A stretch of 64,000 bases of DNA from the human T2T-CHM13v2.0 reference genome, Homo sapiens. The stretch lies in the NCBI RefSeq assembly GCF_009914755.1, contig NC_060942.1; one strand, written 5' to 3'. The position numbers and the translations under genes are program-made. This document shows positions 37,267 to 50,433 of this stretch, in pieces; within the stretch, counting starts at the first letter, position 1, and the number at the start of each line of letters is the position of its first letter. The notes below the pieces were generated by a model. That model saw only the letters and a list, made by a program, of their open reading frames with translations. It made no database searches and had not been told where the DNA came from.

Positions 37267-38120
37267 TCAAGATATCAGCAGTGTATATAAAGAGGCATTC
37301 AGGGAAAGTTCTGTTTTTCTGGCATAACTGAGTGGATGATGTCAATTAGAATATAGAAAGCAGGTTTTCAAGAAAAAAATGGTGAGTCCACTTTGGATAT
37401 AGTGACTGATATATTTGGAGGTCATCCAAGTGTAGGTGTTCTGGAGATAAGGTGGAAATAAGGGTCGGTTTAGCAGATTTCTGTATCAGAGATGAAGATG
37501 TGGGAATTATTAATCTGTAGGTGATAACCTGAAGCCTTGGGTATGGAGATAGTCACCAGGGGCAAGTGTCATAAGAATAGACCCAGGCAACTGAGGAATA
37601 TATCCTTGGGAGCATGCTGACATTTTGGGGCTGAACAGAGGAAAAATGGACTGTGAAGTAGATTAAGAGGGACTGACAGAAGGTTATAGAAAAAAGAGAG
37701 TGGTTAAGTGCTCTAGGATACATGGGTTTAGTCTTCTACAGTTGTAGGGCAAACTGCCTGATCATTGTGTCCAAAAATGACATCATCAGTGCCCCAGATC
37801 TTGGTTTCTAAATAATATTTCAGCCTTGGCTGATTCCAAAGCTGGGGCAGAGAAAGTACAAAGTGAACCTGGTATGTCTTATTGTGCCAGAAAGCAAAAA
37901 AGTGTTCAAAGATTAATGGGATCACATCAAAAGGACACAGGAAGCCACAAGAACTGGCTTGAAGGGATCTTTGTTGTCTGAATTGGAGACAGTTGAGCAA
38001 CAAAAATGATAATAATAAGTAAATAAAACAGGGAGAGTCCTTGATCCATGATGATATGAGAAAGGGAGAGAGTGACAGAGAGACAGAGCTCACACAAAAG
38101 AAGGGGGCAGACATTCTTTA

Positions 38121-38457
<337 letters not shown>

Positions 38458-38998
38458 TTAAGCAAATATTGCCAATAGATGCTAAAACTATTAGGTTGTT
38501 AGGAAATAGATTATTCACACCTACACATAGTATCACCACAGATTATCTATTAGTTACAAAAGTAAAAATGTATTTTTATAATGGACAGATCTTGTGGATA
38601 GAAAGTATCAAATTTAGCATCACAAATAAAGGCAAAATGGTCAGTATGTTCCTCCTTATATGATGCAATGAGAAGCATATAGTATTACCTATGTCATATT
38701 TTTGCCATATGTATAACCTGGGTCTAACCCAGGTTATGAGAAAACAAATCTACAACACAACTTGCCTGAACTCTTTGAAAGTTTCAATGTCTTCAAAGAT
38801 TAAAAAAAGAAAGAAAGAAAGAAAAAGAGTATGGGGAAGGTGAGTGTTTGAGATTAAAAGAAACTGGAGACATGACAACCAAATGCAAAACATGAAACTT
38901 TGTTGGATCCCAGATTTTTGAAGATGATAAAAGATCACTTTGGAATAACTGGAGAAATTTGCATGTGGACTGCATATAGACAATTTAAATCAATCTTA

Positions 38999-40588
38999 GG
39001 GACTTCCTGATTCCAGCCCAATTGCAGCCCCGTTCAAGCAACAGGTAAAAAGCTGAACAAACTGAAAAATAAACAACTCTTCTCAGATTCATCAGACAAG
39101 TGAGGTTATAGGGCAAATCACTGCCCCCTATAATTGAAAAGACAGACAAGAAACCCACAGACAGAGAAGCACAACTTACCATAACAGAAACCAAGGAGCA
39201 AAAACCTCCATGGGAACCAGTGCTGGACAGGAAAACCTAAACTATGATTGACAAGTTGCCGGAGGCTCAATCTGGAGAAGTCTGAGAGCCAAAAACTCCA
39301 GAGGGATCTGGTCATAGAGACATCCCCACACTTTTGTGAGTTTTACACCCAGGAGCTTCAGCAGGTTCTCACAGTGAATATTAGGGAAAAATCCCCTGGT
39401 ACTTCCAGAACCGTTTTGAAATATACCAGAACATTCTATTCTTCTTAACAAGGTCTTTCCTCAGGAGAAACTATTTAACCAGAACCTAGCCTGCCAAGAT
39501 TTTATCAGAGCCTAACTGACCTGGAAAAATGGTAAGTTGACCCTAACTAACCTTCTACATGGGAAAAAGGGAGTGGCTAACTGTAGCCCACTGTAGTCAC
39601 CCTGACCAACTAAGGGGGCATGGGGCCACGGGGTGTGAGAAGCATATGTGAAGTTTGCAGTACGGAGATACCAGCTCACTACGAACCTGAGACCTATTCA
39701 TAGGGCAGCGAACTCTTCCCCTTCCTCCACACCTCAACACCGTACTATTAGAGGCCTATTTACAGCAGTTCCTTTTACCCATGACATCATGTACGGCTGT
39801 TACAAAAAAATACAAGGCATACTAAAAGACAAAAACACAGTTTGAAGAGACAGAGAAAGTATCAGAACCAGGTTCAGATATGACAGGGATGTTGGAACTA
39901 TCCAACTTGGAATTTAAAACAACTATAATTAATGTGCTAAGGGCTCTAATGGATAACATAGACAGCATGCAAGAACAGATGGGAAATATAAGCAGGGAGA
40001 TGGAAATATTAAGAAAGAATCAAATAGAAATGCTAGAAACCCAAAACACCAAAAGAAATGAAGAATGCTTAGTAGAGTGAACACAGCCAAGGAAAGAATT
40101 GCTTGAGACCATCACAGTAGAAACTTACAAAACTGAAAAGCAAAGAGAAAAAAAGGCTGAAAAAACCCACCCAAGAATAGAATATCTAAGAACTGTGGAA
40201 CAACTATAATAGGTGTGACATTTGTGTAATGGGAATACTAGAAGGAAAAGAAGGAGAGAAAGGAACAGTGAAAATATTTGAAAGAATAATGCCTAAGAAT
40301 TCACCCCAATTCATGTCATACACCAATTCACAGGTGCAGGGAGCTTAGAGGACACCAAACAGGATAAATACCAAAAACAAAACAAAACAAAACAAAACCT
40401 AGGCATATCATATACAAATTTCAGAAAATCAATGGGAATGAAAGAAATCTCAAAAGAAGCCAGAGGAAAAAACACCTTATCTGCAGAGAAGCAAAAATAA
40501 AAATTATATCCAACACCATGCAACAAGAAGAGAGCAGAGTGAAATAGTTAAAAGTGTTGTGAAGGAAAAAAAAATAACCAAGAACCTA
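38999..40588 (+). mobile_element. Old L1 (L1M4/L1MD-like) 5'UTR plus decayed ORF1, 3'-truncated
   Basis: Starts GGGACTTCC. ORF 39880-40080 (MLELSNLEFKTTIINVLRALMDNIDSMQEQMGNISREMEILRKNQIEMLE) is an L1 ORF1p coiled-coil remnant, and further ORF1 motifs follow. TSD AAATCAATCTTA. Confidence 0.85.
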
Positions 40589-40964
40589 AAATCAATCTTA
40601 CCTTTTTTGAATGTGATAATGGTATAGTAGTTAGGAGAATATTTGGTTCTTAGGAGGCAGATGCTGAAATAGGGGGTAATCATAACATCTGCAACTTTGC
40701 TTTCAAATATATAGAGGAGTGTTTTCAATTGGGGAATTTAAAAAATATGTCTCTTAGGGTTATAATAACTAAAATAAAAAATTACTGAAATGATAAAAAC
40801 AAAATAAAACATTGAATTGTTAAAATCTCATTTTCTGATCTGAGGACCATAGGAGACCATTTCCATTTCTCCAAAATCTGAAGAGCCTATCCCAAGAAGG
40901 AAATAGTTTACTGATGAAGATAACGTAGACTCTAATGCTAGGTAGATTTAATAGAATCACAGAA

Positions 40965-41505
40965 ATGGTTTAGATCCAGCAATCCCACTTCTATGTATTT
41001 ACCCTAACAAAATGAAAACCTGTATTCACACAAAAGTGTACATACAAATGTTTATGGCTCTATTTATAGTCATCCGATACTGGACACATCTCGAAAGTTT
41101 TCCAGTGGGTGAATGGATAAATGAATTGTTTACATTCATACAATGAAATTCATATCCAACAATAAAAATGAACAATTCATAGATGCAACAGGATGGATGA
41201 ATTGCAAAAGCATTATACAAAGTTAAAGACGTTAGATTCAAAAGGTAACATGCTATCTGATTCTATTTATTATGACATTCTTGAAAAGACAAGACTACAT
41301 GACAGAACAGATCAACAGTTGCCAGCAGTCAGCTACAAAGAGATAGCACAAGGGAGAATTCTGGGGTGATGACTGTTCTGTACCCTGATTCTGATTGTGG
41401 TGGTGATTCCATGAATCGATACATGTGTTAAAATTCTTAGAACAGTACACCAAAAAAGTGGTCAAAATTACTGTCCTTAATACAGTAAAAAGGAAAAGAA
41501 ATAAA
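40965..41505 (+). mobile_element. L1ME-type ORF2 end and 3'UTR
   Basis: GATCCAGCAATCCCACTTCTATGTATTTACCC...GGTGAATGGATAAA...TGGGGTGATGACTGTTCTGTACCCTGATT. Confidence 0.85.
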
Positions 41506-41659
41506 AACTCTGTGACACACTCTAAAATTTTAATAACACATTCAGAGACAAAAATATTAACCCGTTCTAATAAATAGAGTATATTTAAATGATATTAAAA
41601 TAGGACATTATTATAATCTGTAAAAATTCACCATGCTATACGCTTCTGATTTGCTTACC

Positions 41660-41979
<320 letters not shown>

Positions 41980-43015
41980 TGAATGTGTTATATTTCAATA
42001 CAAAGTTTACAAATACAAACAAATTTGATTTATGTGTGCCAGTGGATGTGCTATTTTACAGGTGAAAACAATGCCTTAACTTATTGAACAACATGTTACA
42101 AATATCCTTGGCAGGTCTGAAGTTGGGGCATGATTTCAAACGACTGTAACGCTCTTTTTGTTACTCCAAACTTTCTTTTACTTCAGGGCATAGGGGCATA
42201 ATCACCAGCTTCCTAAGTTTATGGCATGAAGATATGGATGATTCAAATAATACTCTGGTTTCAGCTGTTTATCATTTAAAATATCACATGACATCTGTGT
42301 CTCTGATGACATAGCAACCACCACTTCCCCTTGCCCTTTGAAAAATTCCATTATTTTGCACAGTAAAAATTGAACTGGAAGTGTTGGTCTGCCCAAGTAA
42401 TGGTGCAATGCCTGATGGCCTTCAGATTCTAGAATTGAATAATAATGCAATAAGACTTGCATTTATATCATGTTTTATATTTTTATGGGGTGGACAGAAG
42501 GAAAAGGAAATTAATTGATCATATATTGAATGCCTGACATTCCAGACGGCACCCTTCCAGACGGCAGGGTGGACTCTGCTCTTAAGAAAATTACACAAGA
42601 GGGTGAGTTGCTGTTTATGGGTGGACAACTTTTTTTTTTTTTTTGCTGCGTGGTTTGGGCCACAGAGCTTCTGAGGCGTGTGCATATCCCAGGAATGTGA
42701 GATGTTTGGCTCCCAGGAAGCGATTACCTCAGTGGTTGGCAGATACCATTAGTCTAAATACCATAATACCTCAGCCTTAGGAACAGTGAGTTCCATAAAA
42801 ATCTTATTGCTTGAAATATTCAGTCTAAATTCTACAAAGTGATGGAAATTTGTCCTCAAGTGACAACCTCCTTACCACAGGACGTATGGACTCATATACT
42901 TGGATTTCTTCCATGGACAATTTCCAGCTGTCCTACCTTTTGATGATTTATTTCAGATACCTTCCAGGCTTTACCTAGGAACTCCACCATGAAAAGACAG
43001 CAGGAATTCTAGGGA

Positions 43016-43029
43016 GTTGTCATGGCAAC
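43016..43029. promoter_or_regulatory. RFX X-box motif
   Basis: GTTGTCATGGCAAC is one mismatch from the palindromic consensus GTTGCCATGGCAAC, in apparently repeat-free DNA. Confidence 0.5.
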
Positions 43030-44924
43030 CCCTAGATATCATCTTCAGAATGCCCCATGGCTGTTGGGTCCAGATTTATCACAATTATATTTCTATATGG
43101 AAGAGGAGCTCCTGCATAAGCAACCAGACCCCAGTAAATGGATCTAATTTGTAATTTTATAGATCACTCTAACACTCCCGGTAGCAAGATGTTAAGGAAC
43201 CGCCCTTGCATGTTGTCTTATTGGTGGCCGCTTGTCATATTTACAAGGGCCTGTATTTCAAATGCCACTGGGGGAGGAAATCTATCCAATCTTTGCCTTT
43301 TGTCAAAGAAAAACTTACAGTCAAGTTTTAGGAAGGCATTTGATGAGAAATTGGGATTAGCTGCGTTTTTCTCCCTAAAGTAAAGAGAGGAAGCTGAGTA
43401 CTTATTTCAGAGACTCTCATTTTTATTTCTCTTTGTCTCATGCTCCTTGCTTGAAACAATGGCAGCACAAAGCCCAGTTACACAGTATCTGCTTCCAAGC
43501 GGGATGGCGCTGGGGCTGTCCAGCATCTTGTGCAGTGGGTGTTTGTCTAGCATTGTCATTGCAATTTTTATTGCATCTCATGATGTGCACAGATGTGCTT
43601 GGTAAGCATCCCAAGAGAAAAAGAGACTCTGCTCAATATCCCTGTTCCCAAATGACACTACCTTATAGAATCACTTTCTAGGCTACCTCCTTTGGGATCA
43701 TGTAACCATTTAAAGTCTCTGGATTTTGGTGTTTTAACAAGGGTTTAATTACTAAGGTAAGTGTATGCACCTGCTAAGGCATTCCTAATTATTTGATAAT
43801 GGTGCAATCTTTCTCAATACAGCCAGTTTTGTGGTGTAAGCTACACTAATGAAGCACACTGAGAGAACACAGTCCCCCAATGTTGGGGAAGCTTATTTAA
43901 ATTAAATAAATTTGCAAAGGACTGAATTTTTACTACTGGCCTCAACAATTATGCATTGGTATTTCATGCTGGAAGCCAGTATGCACAGTGTCAGAATAAG
44001 GCACACTTCCTATTACTTTTGCTCTTCAAAGTGTTTTTAAGTGAGATCGTGTCACTTTTAAAATTGTATGTTTTTCAGATTGCTTCACATATGCCAACTT
44101 GTCCCACCCTGTCTAAAAGCCAAAAAACTAAAAACTAGCTTTTTTGTTGTCACTTGGCAAAAACTGATAAAAACACTATTTGACTATGCTGAAAGTGTTT
44201 TTCTCTTTTCCACCTGATTCTTACCATTGCCACATGTGGTCTGTAGTGGTTTGGTAATAAGATCTTTGCTATAACATCTGCAAATTAGCACCTTGCTTTG
44301 CAGCCTCCCTGAAAACTTGCTGATGGTTTGCAATTGTAGTAAGTCAGAGTTGACACTATATCCAAGTGTTTCAAACTTTGTTGTTTTGCACTAATAAAAG
44401 AAGGTTCCAACAGGCAGATTTCCAAGTCACTGTGAGGAGCTAGTTAGCAAAATACTACGTCTCACTTCTCAAGCATGCACATGCGTTTTAATACATAAAG
44501 TTACTTTGGGAAGAAAGACTTGCTGGTCTAAACCGGTTCTGTCTATTCTTCTCTGTTCCTAGCCATCTGCTTTTTTGTTCAAATATTTTAGTGTATCAGG
44601 CTGGTTCACCAATTTGCAGAAGACTATCATGAATGCAATTTTCCAAGTAGAGATAAAAGAAAGTGCTTAATCATTTAATTTTCCCAAATGTGTCTGTAAA
44701 CCAAATTGATTTTTAAAATTTTCCAATAAAATAAGAGCATTATTTTAAATACATCAATGACCTGCCATTAAGGTTTTAAACTATTTACATATGACAGCCA
44801 AGACAAATGAGCAATGGGTGAGAACATACACAAATTAAAAACCCTTGCAAATAAGGGTTGAGGGATTAATAGAGTGTTCAGGGGTGGTGAGGACCCAATG
44901 TCAAAGTCTGCTTAAGGACAGCTT

Positions 44925-45473
44925 TCAAGCGCGCCAGGGGTCAGATGCCTCCCACGCCGCCATAGCTAACACACAGGTCTAGATGACGCTGCCCCTGTTT
45001 TATCACACCATCAAACAGGGCTGGAGAATGCAACAACTGGGGACCAGTAAGAGCAAAGCAGAGGCACGGTGGGAGGGGCGCTGGGAGCAGAGAGCACAAG
45101 CTGCAGCGCCAGGCAAATCAAAAGGCGGAGGGGGCCTCCCAGCTGATTGCTCAGTGTCCTAGAGATTTCTGTTATTAATGTGGCTTGGGGCATGTACTGC
45201 TGATAATTACTGCTAGCTGGAATAATTAATAAGAATAATTGCTTGGCATGGAAAGGGAAAGGGAAGCTCTGGGAGGAGGAAGAAACAGGCTAGAGGAGCA
45301 AGAGGCTCCCCGAGCGCATTTATATAGACAGGAAGTTCAGCAGCAAGCATCCTGAGAATCGAAGAGTTGTCTGGATGCCAAGGGCAAAAGTTAAGAGATA
45401 TCGAGTGAGGCCAAATTCGACAGTCTCATCTTGGAATGCAGTGGAGAAGAAGCCTGCCATGGCTTCGGTAAGG
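44925..45473 (+). promoter_or_regulatory. Candidate promoter and first exon (CpG-enriched, TATA-like, ETS, Kozak ATG, splice donor)
   Basis: GC-box-like GGGAGGGGCG and GGCGGAGGGGG, TATATAG at 45321, CAGGAAGT at 45329, GCCTGCCATGG with ATG at 45459, TCG|GTAAGG donor at 45467/45468. Motif inference only. Confidence 0.35.
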
Positions 45474-47214
45474 GGGGACTCCCTTTGGAAATAATAGGTG
45501 AAGGTTGTGAAAAAAAGATACATTGTGAAGGGAATTAAGAAGTGGCCTTAAATGAGCAGATAAGTCTGTGTATCTGGTATAAACCCAATCATTACAGGAG
45601 GAGAGCAGCAAGAAAGGAAGACAAGTAAAGAATGATGCCCCAGTGAGAGTTTGGGAGAGTTTATCCCAGCTTGAAGGAAGAAAATTGTCCATTAGAAGCT
45701 AAGCATGGGTGTTGACAGTGTGTAAAATAACCACAATTCTGATGTAATAGGGTAAATTTTCTCAACACTATGTAGAGAGTTGCCAACATAGTTCTTGCTA
45801 TTGTAGCTTTCTATAAATTACACCTAAATATTCCCCCAAAGGCAGGACAAACATATGCTTAGCAAAACGTAAAGAGGCGAAGAGACTGGATGTGAAAACT
45901 TAAGTGTAAGCAGCAGATGGAATCTGGCGGCCAGAATTCTGATAATGACATGCAGAAGGAGCAGGGCCAAGCCAAGCGCTGGGTGTTCACCATGACCCTC
46001 TGCAGGAGACAGGGCACCATGTGTAATGTTGTGTTCTGAGATAAAAGGGGCCCATAAAGGCAGAGTGACTACTTAAGATTCCTTTGTCCTATAGGAATCA
46101 TACCAGAGGGGCAATTAAAGCTGAAAAAGATAAATTTACCAAATTATCCCTATCCAATATTTGATGTTAAGCATTGCATTTCAAAGGATAATGCCCTTAA
46201 CCCTCTTTCCATCTATGTAACATAAATGGATTATAATTGTAAAACAAAGGAAGAAATGCTACTAACTCAGCCAATGGCAAGTATTTGGTGGTCAGGGGGG
46301 CGGGGGCTTTCCAATGTCCTACTGCTGCTCAGAGTGGGAGTGATTCTCCTCCTCCGACTCCAAGCTCCTATCAGCTTGGAGCACTAGCCCCAGCTGAATA
46401 AGGAGCTTGTATGCCCTGAGGACAGCTGTTGCTCATCTTGGATTGAGTCACATTGTGTCTGTACAGCATTTAGGGAAATCCAAAGAGCAGAACACTAAAT
46501 GATTGATGCCTTTTTAAAGGATGTCACAAGAGAACCAAGTATAAATCAGTCTCCCGGTTTTAGAAGCCTGATTTAGGAATTAGGAGCCTGGTTTTAGATA
46601 GTGCCACCATGGGAGGGAATGGCTGAAAGGTACTTGGGGGAAGCTTAAGACTGATCACTATGTTTTTAGGAAGCTTTGCACATACTAACTGACCATGATA
46701 TTTCTTGGTAGATGAGAAGCTGAACTAGACCTTAAAGTTGGTAACTACCCTTAGATGACCTTTCACCCTTAGCCTTGCCACAAGTTCTCCAGCCAATGGC
46801 ATTGAGGAGGGGGAGATGGGATTGGTTGTATTAATCAGCAGCTGTCACAGAATTAGCAGAATCCAGAGGAAACCCTGAGCATGCCTCAGAACCCAAGGAG
46901 ACCCTGCAGGTTAAACATGCACTTGGTGCTTGTTTTTTTCACGGCTTCCAAAAATGATGGTTGAGAAGCGTAAGTGCTGGCGCAAACCGCTGAGCTGGAG
47001 CAGGTGGACCTGTGAGAGCTGGGAACTGGGGCAGTGCTATAAGGGGAGGGGGGAAGAAATCCTGGTTTGGAGAAGTCCTAATTCAATACTTAAGAAAAAA
47101 AGGAAGAATACACTCAGTGCCTTTGTTATCCTGTCCAGTTGTGAAGCAGCTGGAACACTCAGCTCAATATTCTACTTTATGCTGAAGAAACAAGAGAAAC
47201 TCTGTTGGCTAGGT

Positions 47215-47420
47215 GCAGCAGACAGCTTAGGGGCTTTGAAGTCAAATACATGGGCCTGCATCCTAGTCCATGAAGGATTCACCACAGAGCAACCTTAGAC
47301 AAGCTACTTGCCTCCCTATGATATGGATAATCATACCTGGTAAGATTGGTGTCAGAATTAAAATAATGTAATATGCGTAGATCATTGCATGGCACATAAA
47401 TACTCAATTTCTGATAGCTT
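47215..47420 (+). mobile_element. MIR SINE
   Basis: GGCTTTGAAGTCAAA...ACCTTAGACAAGCTACTT...AGAATTAAAATAATGTAATATG...GGCACATAAATACTCAAT. Confidence 0.7.
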
Positions 47421-47909
47421 CCACTTTTTTCATCCTTCCAAGACATTCCTAAACCTGCTTCCCTACTCTTCCTATTACCCTCTTCCTTGCCCTTTCATAA
47501 GTGATTGGATAACATACTTAATTATGAGAGTTGAAGAGGATCCCTGGCTATCTTGGTTTACGAAATTTGAGCATCAAATAATTTCTTTTTCTTTGTTCTG
47601 GTATCAGCAATTTCTGTTCTTGTTCTAACAGGGTGGTGCCTGGTCCATTCAACAAATATTTATTGAGTGCCTCCCAGCGGTCAGGAAGTGTGCCTTCTTC
47701 CAGCATGACTGATAACTTCATCTTCTCCAGATACCAAGATCAAAGCTGTTCCAGGGAGCAAGAAATTGAGGCAAATCCCCTGACCCCACAATTCTGAAGG
47801 GAGGCCTCTATAGTGCCACAGAAGGACACTGACCTGCAGAAACAGTGGCAGGAAGAGAAGATGACCATCAGCTGGTTCGAAAAATGATCTTATCCCTCAA
47901 CACTAACAG

Positions 47910-48125
47910 TTCTGCTGTGCTTACTACATGCCCAGCTTTGGTTTAAGTGCTTTCTGTGCATTAACTCATTTAACCCTTGTAACAAGTCTATGAGACAGAG
48001 ATAATTGTCACTTCACTTTAGAAATGATGAAACTGAAAGGTAGCGAGGCTAGGGACCATGTCTAGGTCACAAAGCTAGTTTGTGGTCAAGTTGTCTGGGT
48101 CTTCCCTCTTGGCCTCTACAACACG
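47910..48125 (-). mobile_element. MIR SINE
   Basis: TGCTTACTACATGCCCAG...CATTAACTCATTTAACCCTTGTAACAA...GATGAAACTGA...AGGTCACA. Confidence 0.8.
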
Positions 48126-49444
48126 CAGCCGCACCTGCTGTCCACTGCCATACACTTGGTACCCATCTACAAAGTGAGGCGGGTGAACTGCATCACCCCC
48201 ATCTGTATCTCAGCTTCTCTTCAGTAACTTCTCTTCCTTGGTAAGGCTCCTCTTAGTGTTTGTTTTCATTTAATTTAGACCCTACCAAAACATTAGCTTA
48301 GGATCAGAGGATGCTATAAATATACCATTTATAGTATCCTGGAGCTGGAATAATGTGTTACCTTTCTCTAGGTTTTGGTCTAGGTAGATGTCTCCTCTTA
48401 TTTCTCAGAAAAAAAGGCCCAAGATGGCTGTATTAAATTTCTGAATTATCAAGAGACCAGATTCAGCCAAAAGAAAAACCTCTGTTAATTTTCAAAGACA
48501 GTCTTTTGTTTAGCAGATTTTGAGACTCAGATGGTCTCAACCAATGCTCTGGCAGTACCCAGTCCTTTGGGACCAGCAGAGGAGGGGAATGTGAGTTTCC
48601 TGGATGCCTTAGGACATACTTCCCCCATGAATGGGGTTGCAGGGCAATCTGAAGTCTCAAGGGAACCAGTTCCCAAATATAAATTTTAACTTGTTTACCT
48701 TTAACTTGGAGCCTCTTATAATAATTCCCTTGGGATTCTGCCATTGGCACTCAATCTATCCTCATCTTCTACAGTTAGGGGCACGTCTCTTCCCAGCTAT
48801 GCTAAAGGCTGCTTTACTTCCCAAATGCTTCAAAACGGAGCTAAATTGTCCCTGTCCCAGAGGAGCAAACAAAACCCTGGCAGGGAAAGGCTGCTTTCAA
48901 ATCTCCTCTACCCATGTTCCGTAGGGACAAAGCCACATCAGAGGGGACCAGCACTTTAGCCTTCTTGTCTCCCCACTCAGCTGGCTGGCTCAGACCGAAT
49001 AGACTTTGCTCTATTTTCCCAGCTGTAGGTCCTTTCCTTCTTCATTTCTGTTTGCTGACTGTGAGATCCCTCTCCCTTTGCAAGATGAAGGTTCAACTTT
49101 GCAGAAGCAGAAAGAGAATGGTTATGTTTAGAATGTAGGCTCATGAGGCAAAGATAAAATCTGCTTTACTTACCATATTATTTCTAGGACCTAGCAAAGT
49201 AGATGTGCAATGAATAAATGGTATCAGAAGACAGAATAATATTCTTAAAAAGTGGGGAAATAAACATTTCTGTTTACCCAATTAGAGAGATAGTGAATGG
49301 CTTAGTTAACTAAAAATATCTTCTTCTATTGCCTTATCTTGTCTTTTTTGGGGCAAAGTTGGTAGGTCTCCATCAGTACTTATGGAAATTTTTCTTAGAG
49401 GCCAGGAAAACTAGCAGCCATCCACTCCAGGGATAAACATAGGA

Positions 49445-49925
49445 CAATGTGGTGAAAAATAGTCTGAATGTGAAGTTAGAGCATTCTGCTCATAGCTCCA
49501 TATCCATGTGCCGAGGATAAATCCCTTCACTCCCCCTGGGATCTCAGTTCCCTTGTTTTTAAAATGGAAGGTTTGGTGGGGTGCAGTCACTTATGCCTGT
49601 AATCCCAGCACTTTAGGAGGCTGAGGTGGGTGAATCACTTGAACCAAGGAGTTCAAGACCACCCTAGGTAACATAGCAATACCTCATCTCTACAAAAATT
49701 ACAAAAATTATCCAAGTATGGTGGTGCATGCCTGTAGTCCTAGCTAATCTGTAGGCTGAGGTGGGAGGATGGATTGAGCCTAGGGAGGTCGAGGCTATAG
49801 TGAGCCATGATTGTGCCACTGCACTCCAGCCTGGTCAACAGAGTGAGACTTTGTCTCAAACAAAAACAAAAACCACAAAACAAAACAAAACAAAAATTAG
49901 AGGGTTTGGGTCAGATGACCTGTGG
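49445..49925 (+). mobile_element. MIR SINE interrupted by AluJ
   Basis: TCTCAGTTCCCTTGTTTTTAAAATGG before the Alu and GGGTCAGATGACCT after it. Confidence 0.55.
49575..49895 (+). mobile_element. AluJ
   Basis: GGGAGGATGGATTGAGCCTAGGGAGGTCGAGGCTATAGTGAGCCATGAT (J-type) with (CAAAA)n tail. Confidence 0.93.
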
Positions 49926-49927
49926 CC

Positions 49928-50433
49928 CAGTATATCAGATAGGATGCTAACAGATGCCCATGCCAGACAAATGAACTAGAAGTGGCTTCAACAAATAATG
50001 ACAAGTCCAGAGGCAGGATGGTTTCAGGGCTGGTTGGTTCAACTACAGCTTGAAGGACTAAGGTTCTCTCCTTCTTCTACTTTGCCCTCTTCTCCACAGT
50101 ATGCTTTCTTCCTAGGCTGGTTCCCCTTCTGGGCCCAAAATGATGGCCACAGGTATTATAGGCAGGCAGCAACATTCAGATGAAAGAATAGAAACTTCTC
50201 TGTCTTGTATCCTTTCTCAAGAAAACCCAACAGACCTCCCTCAGGTCTAATTGGAGAGAATTGCATCACCATCACTTGGTTTAGATCCACAAGGACTTAG
50301 ATACTTTGAGATACACCCGCTTGGGACGGGGAGGTCTCAGCCTTCTGTGAAGGCCAGGCCAGCTCCAAGGAGGTCTGGTAAGAAGGAAAGTAGAGAACTG
50401 TGGTTGCCTGGGAGGCCAATGGTGTCTGCTACA
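49928..50433 (-). mobile_element. MLT1 (J/K/L-like) MaLR solo LTR
   Basis: AGTGGCTTCAACAA...AAGTCCAGAGGCAGG...TTTCAGGGCTGGTT...CAGACCTCCCTCAGGTCTAATTGG...GTGTCTGCTACA. Confidence 0.65.

Noticed and set aside
39880-40080. Coiled-coil ORF as a host gene or domesticated ORF1
   Set aside because: It is a short open piece of an otherwise stop- and frameshift-ridden L1 ORF1.
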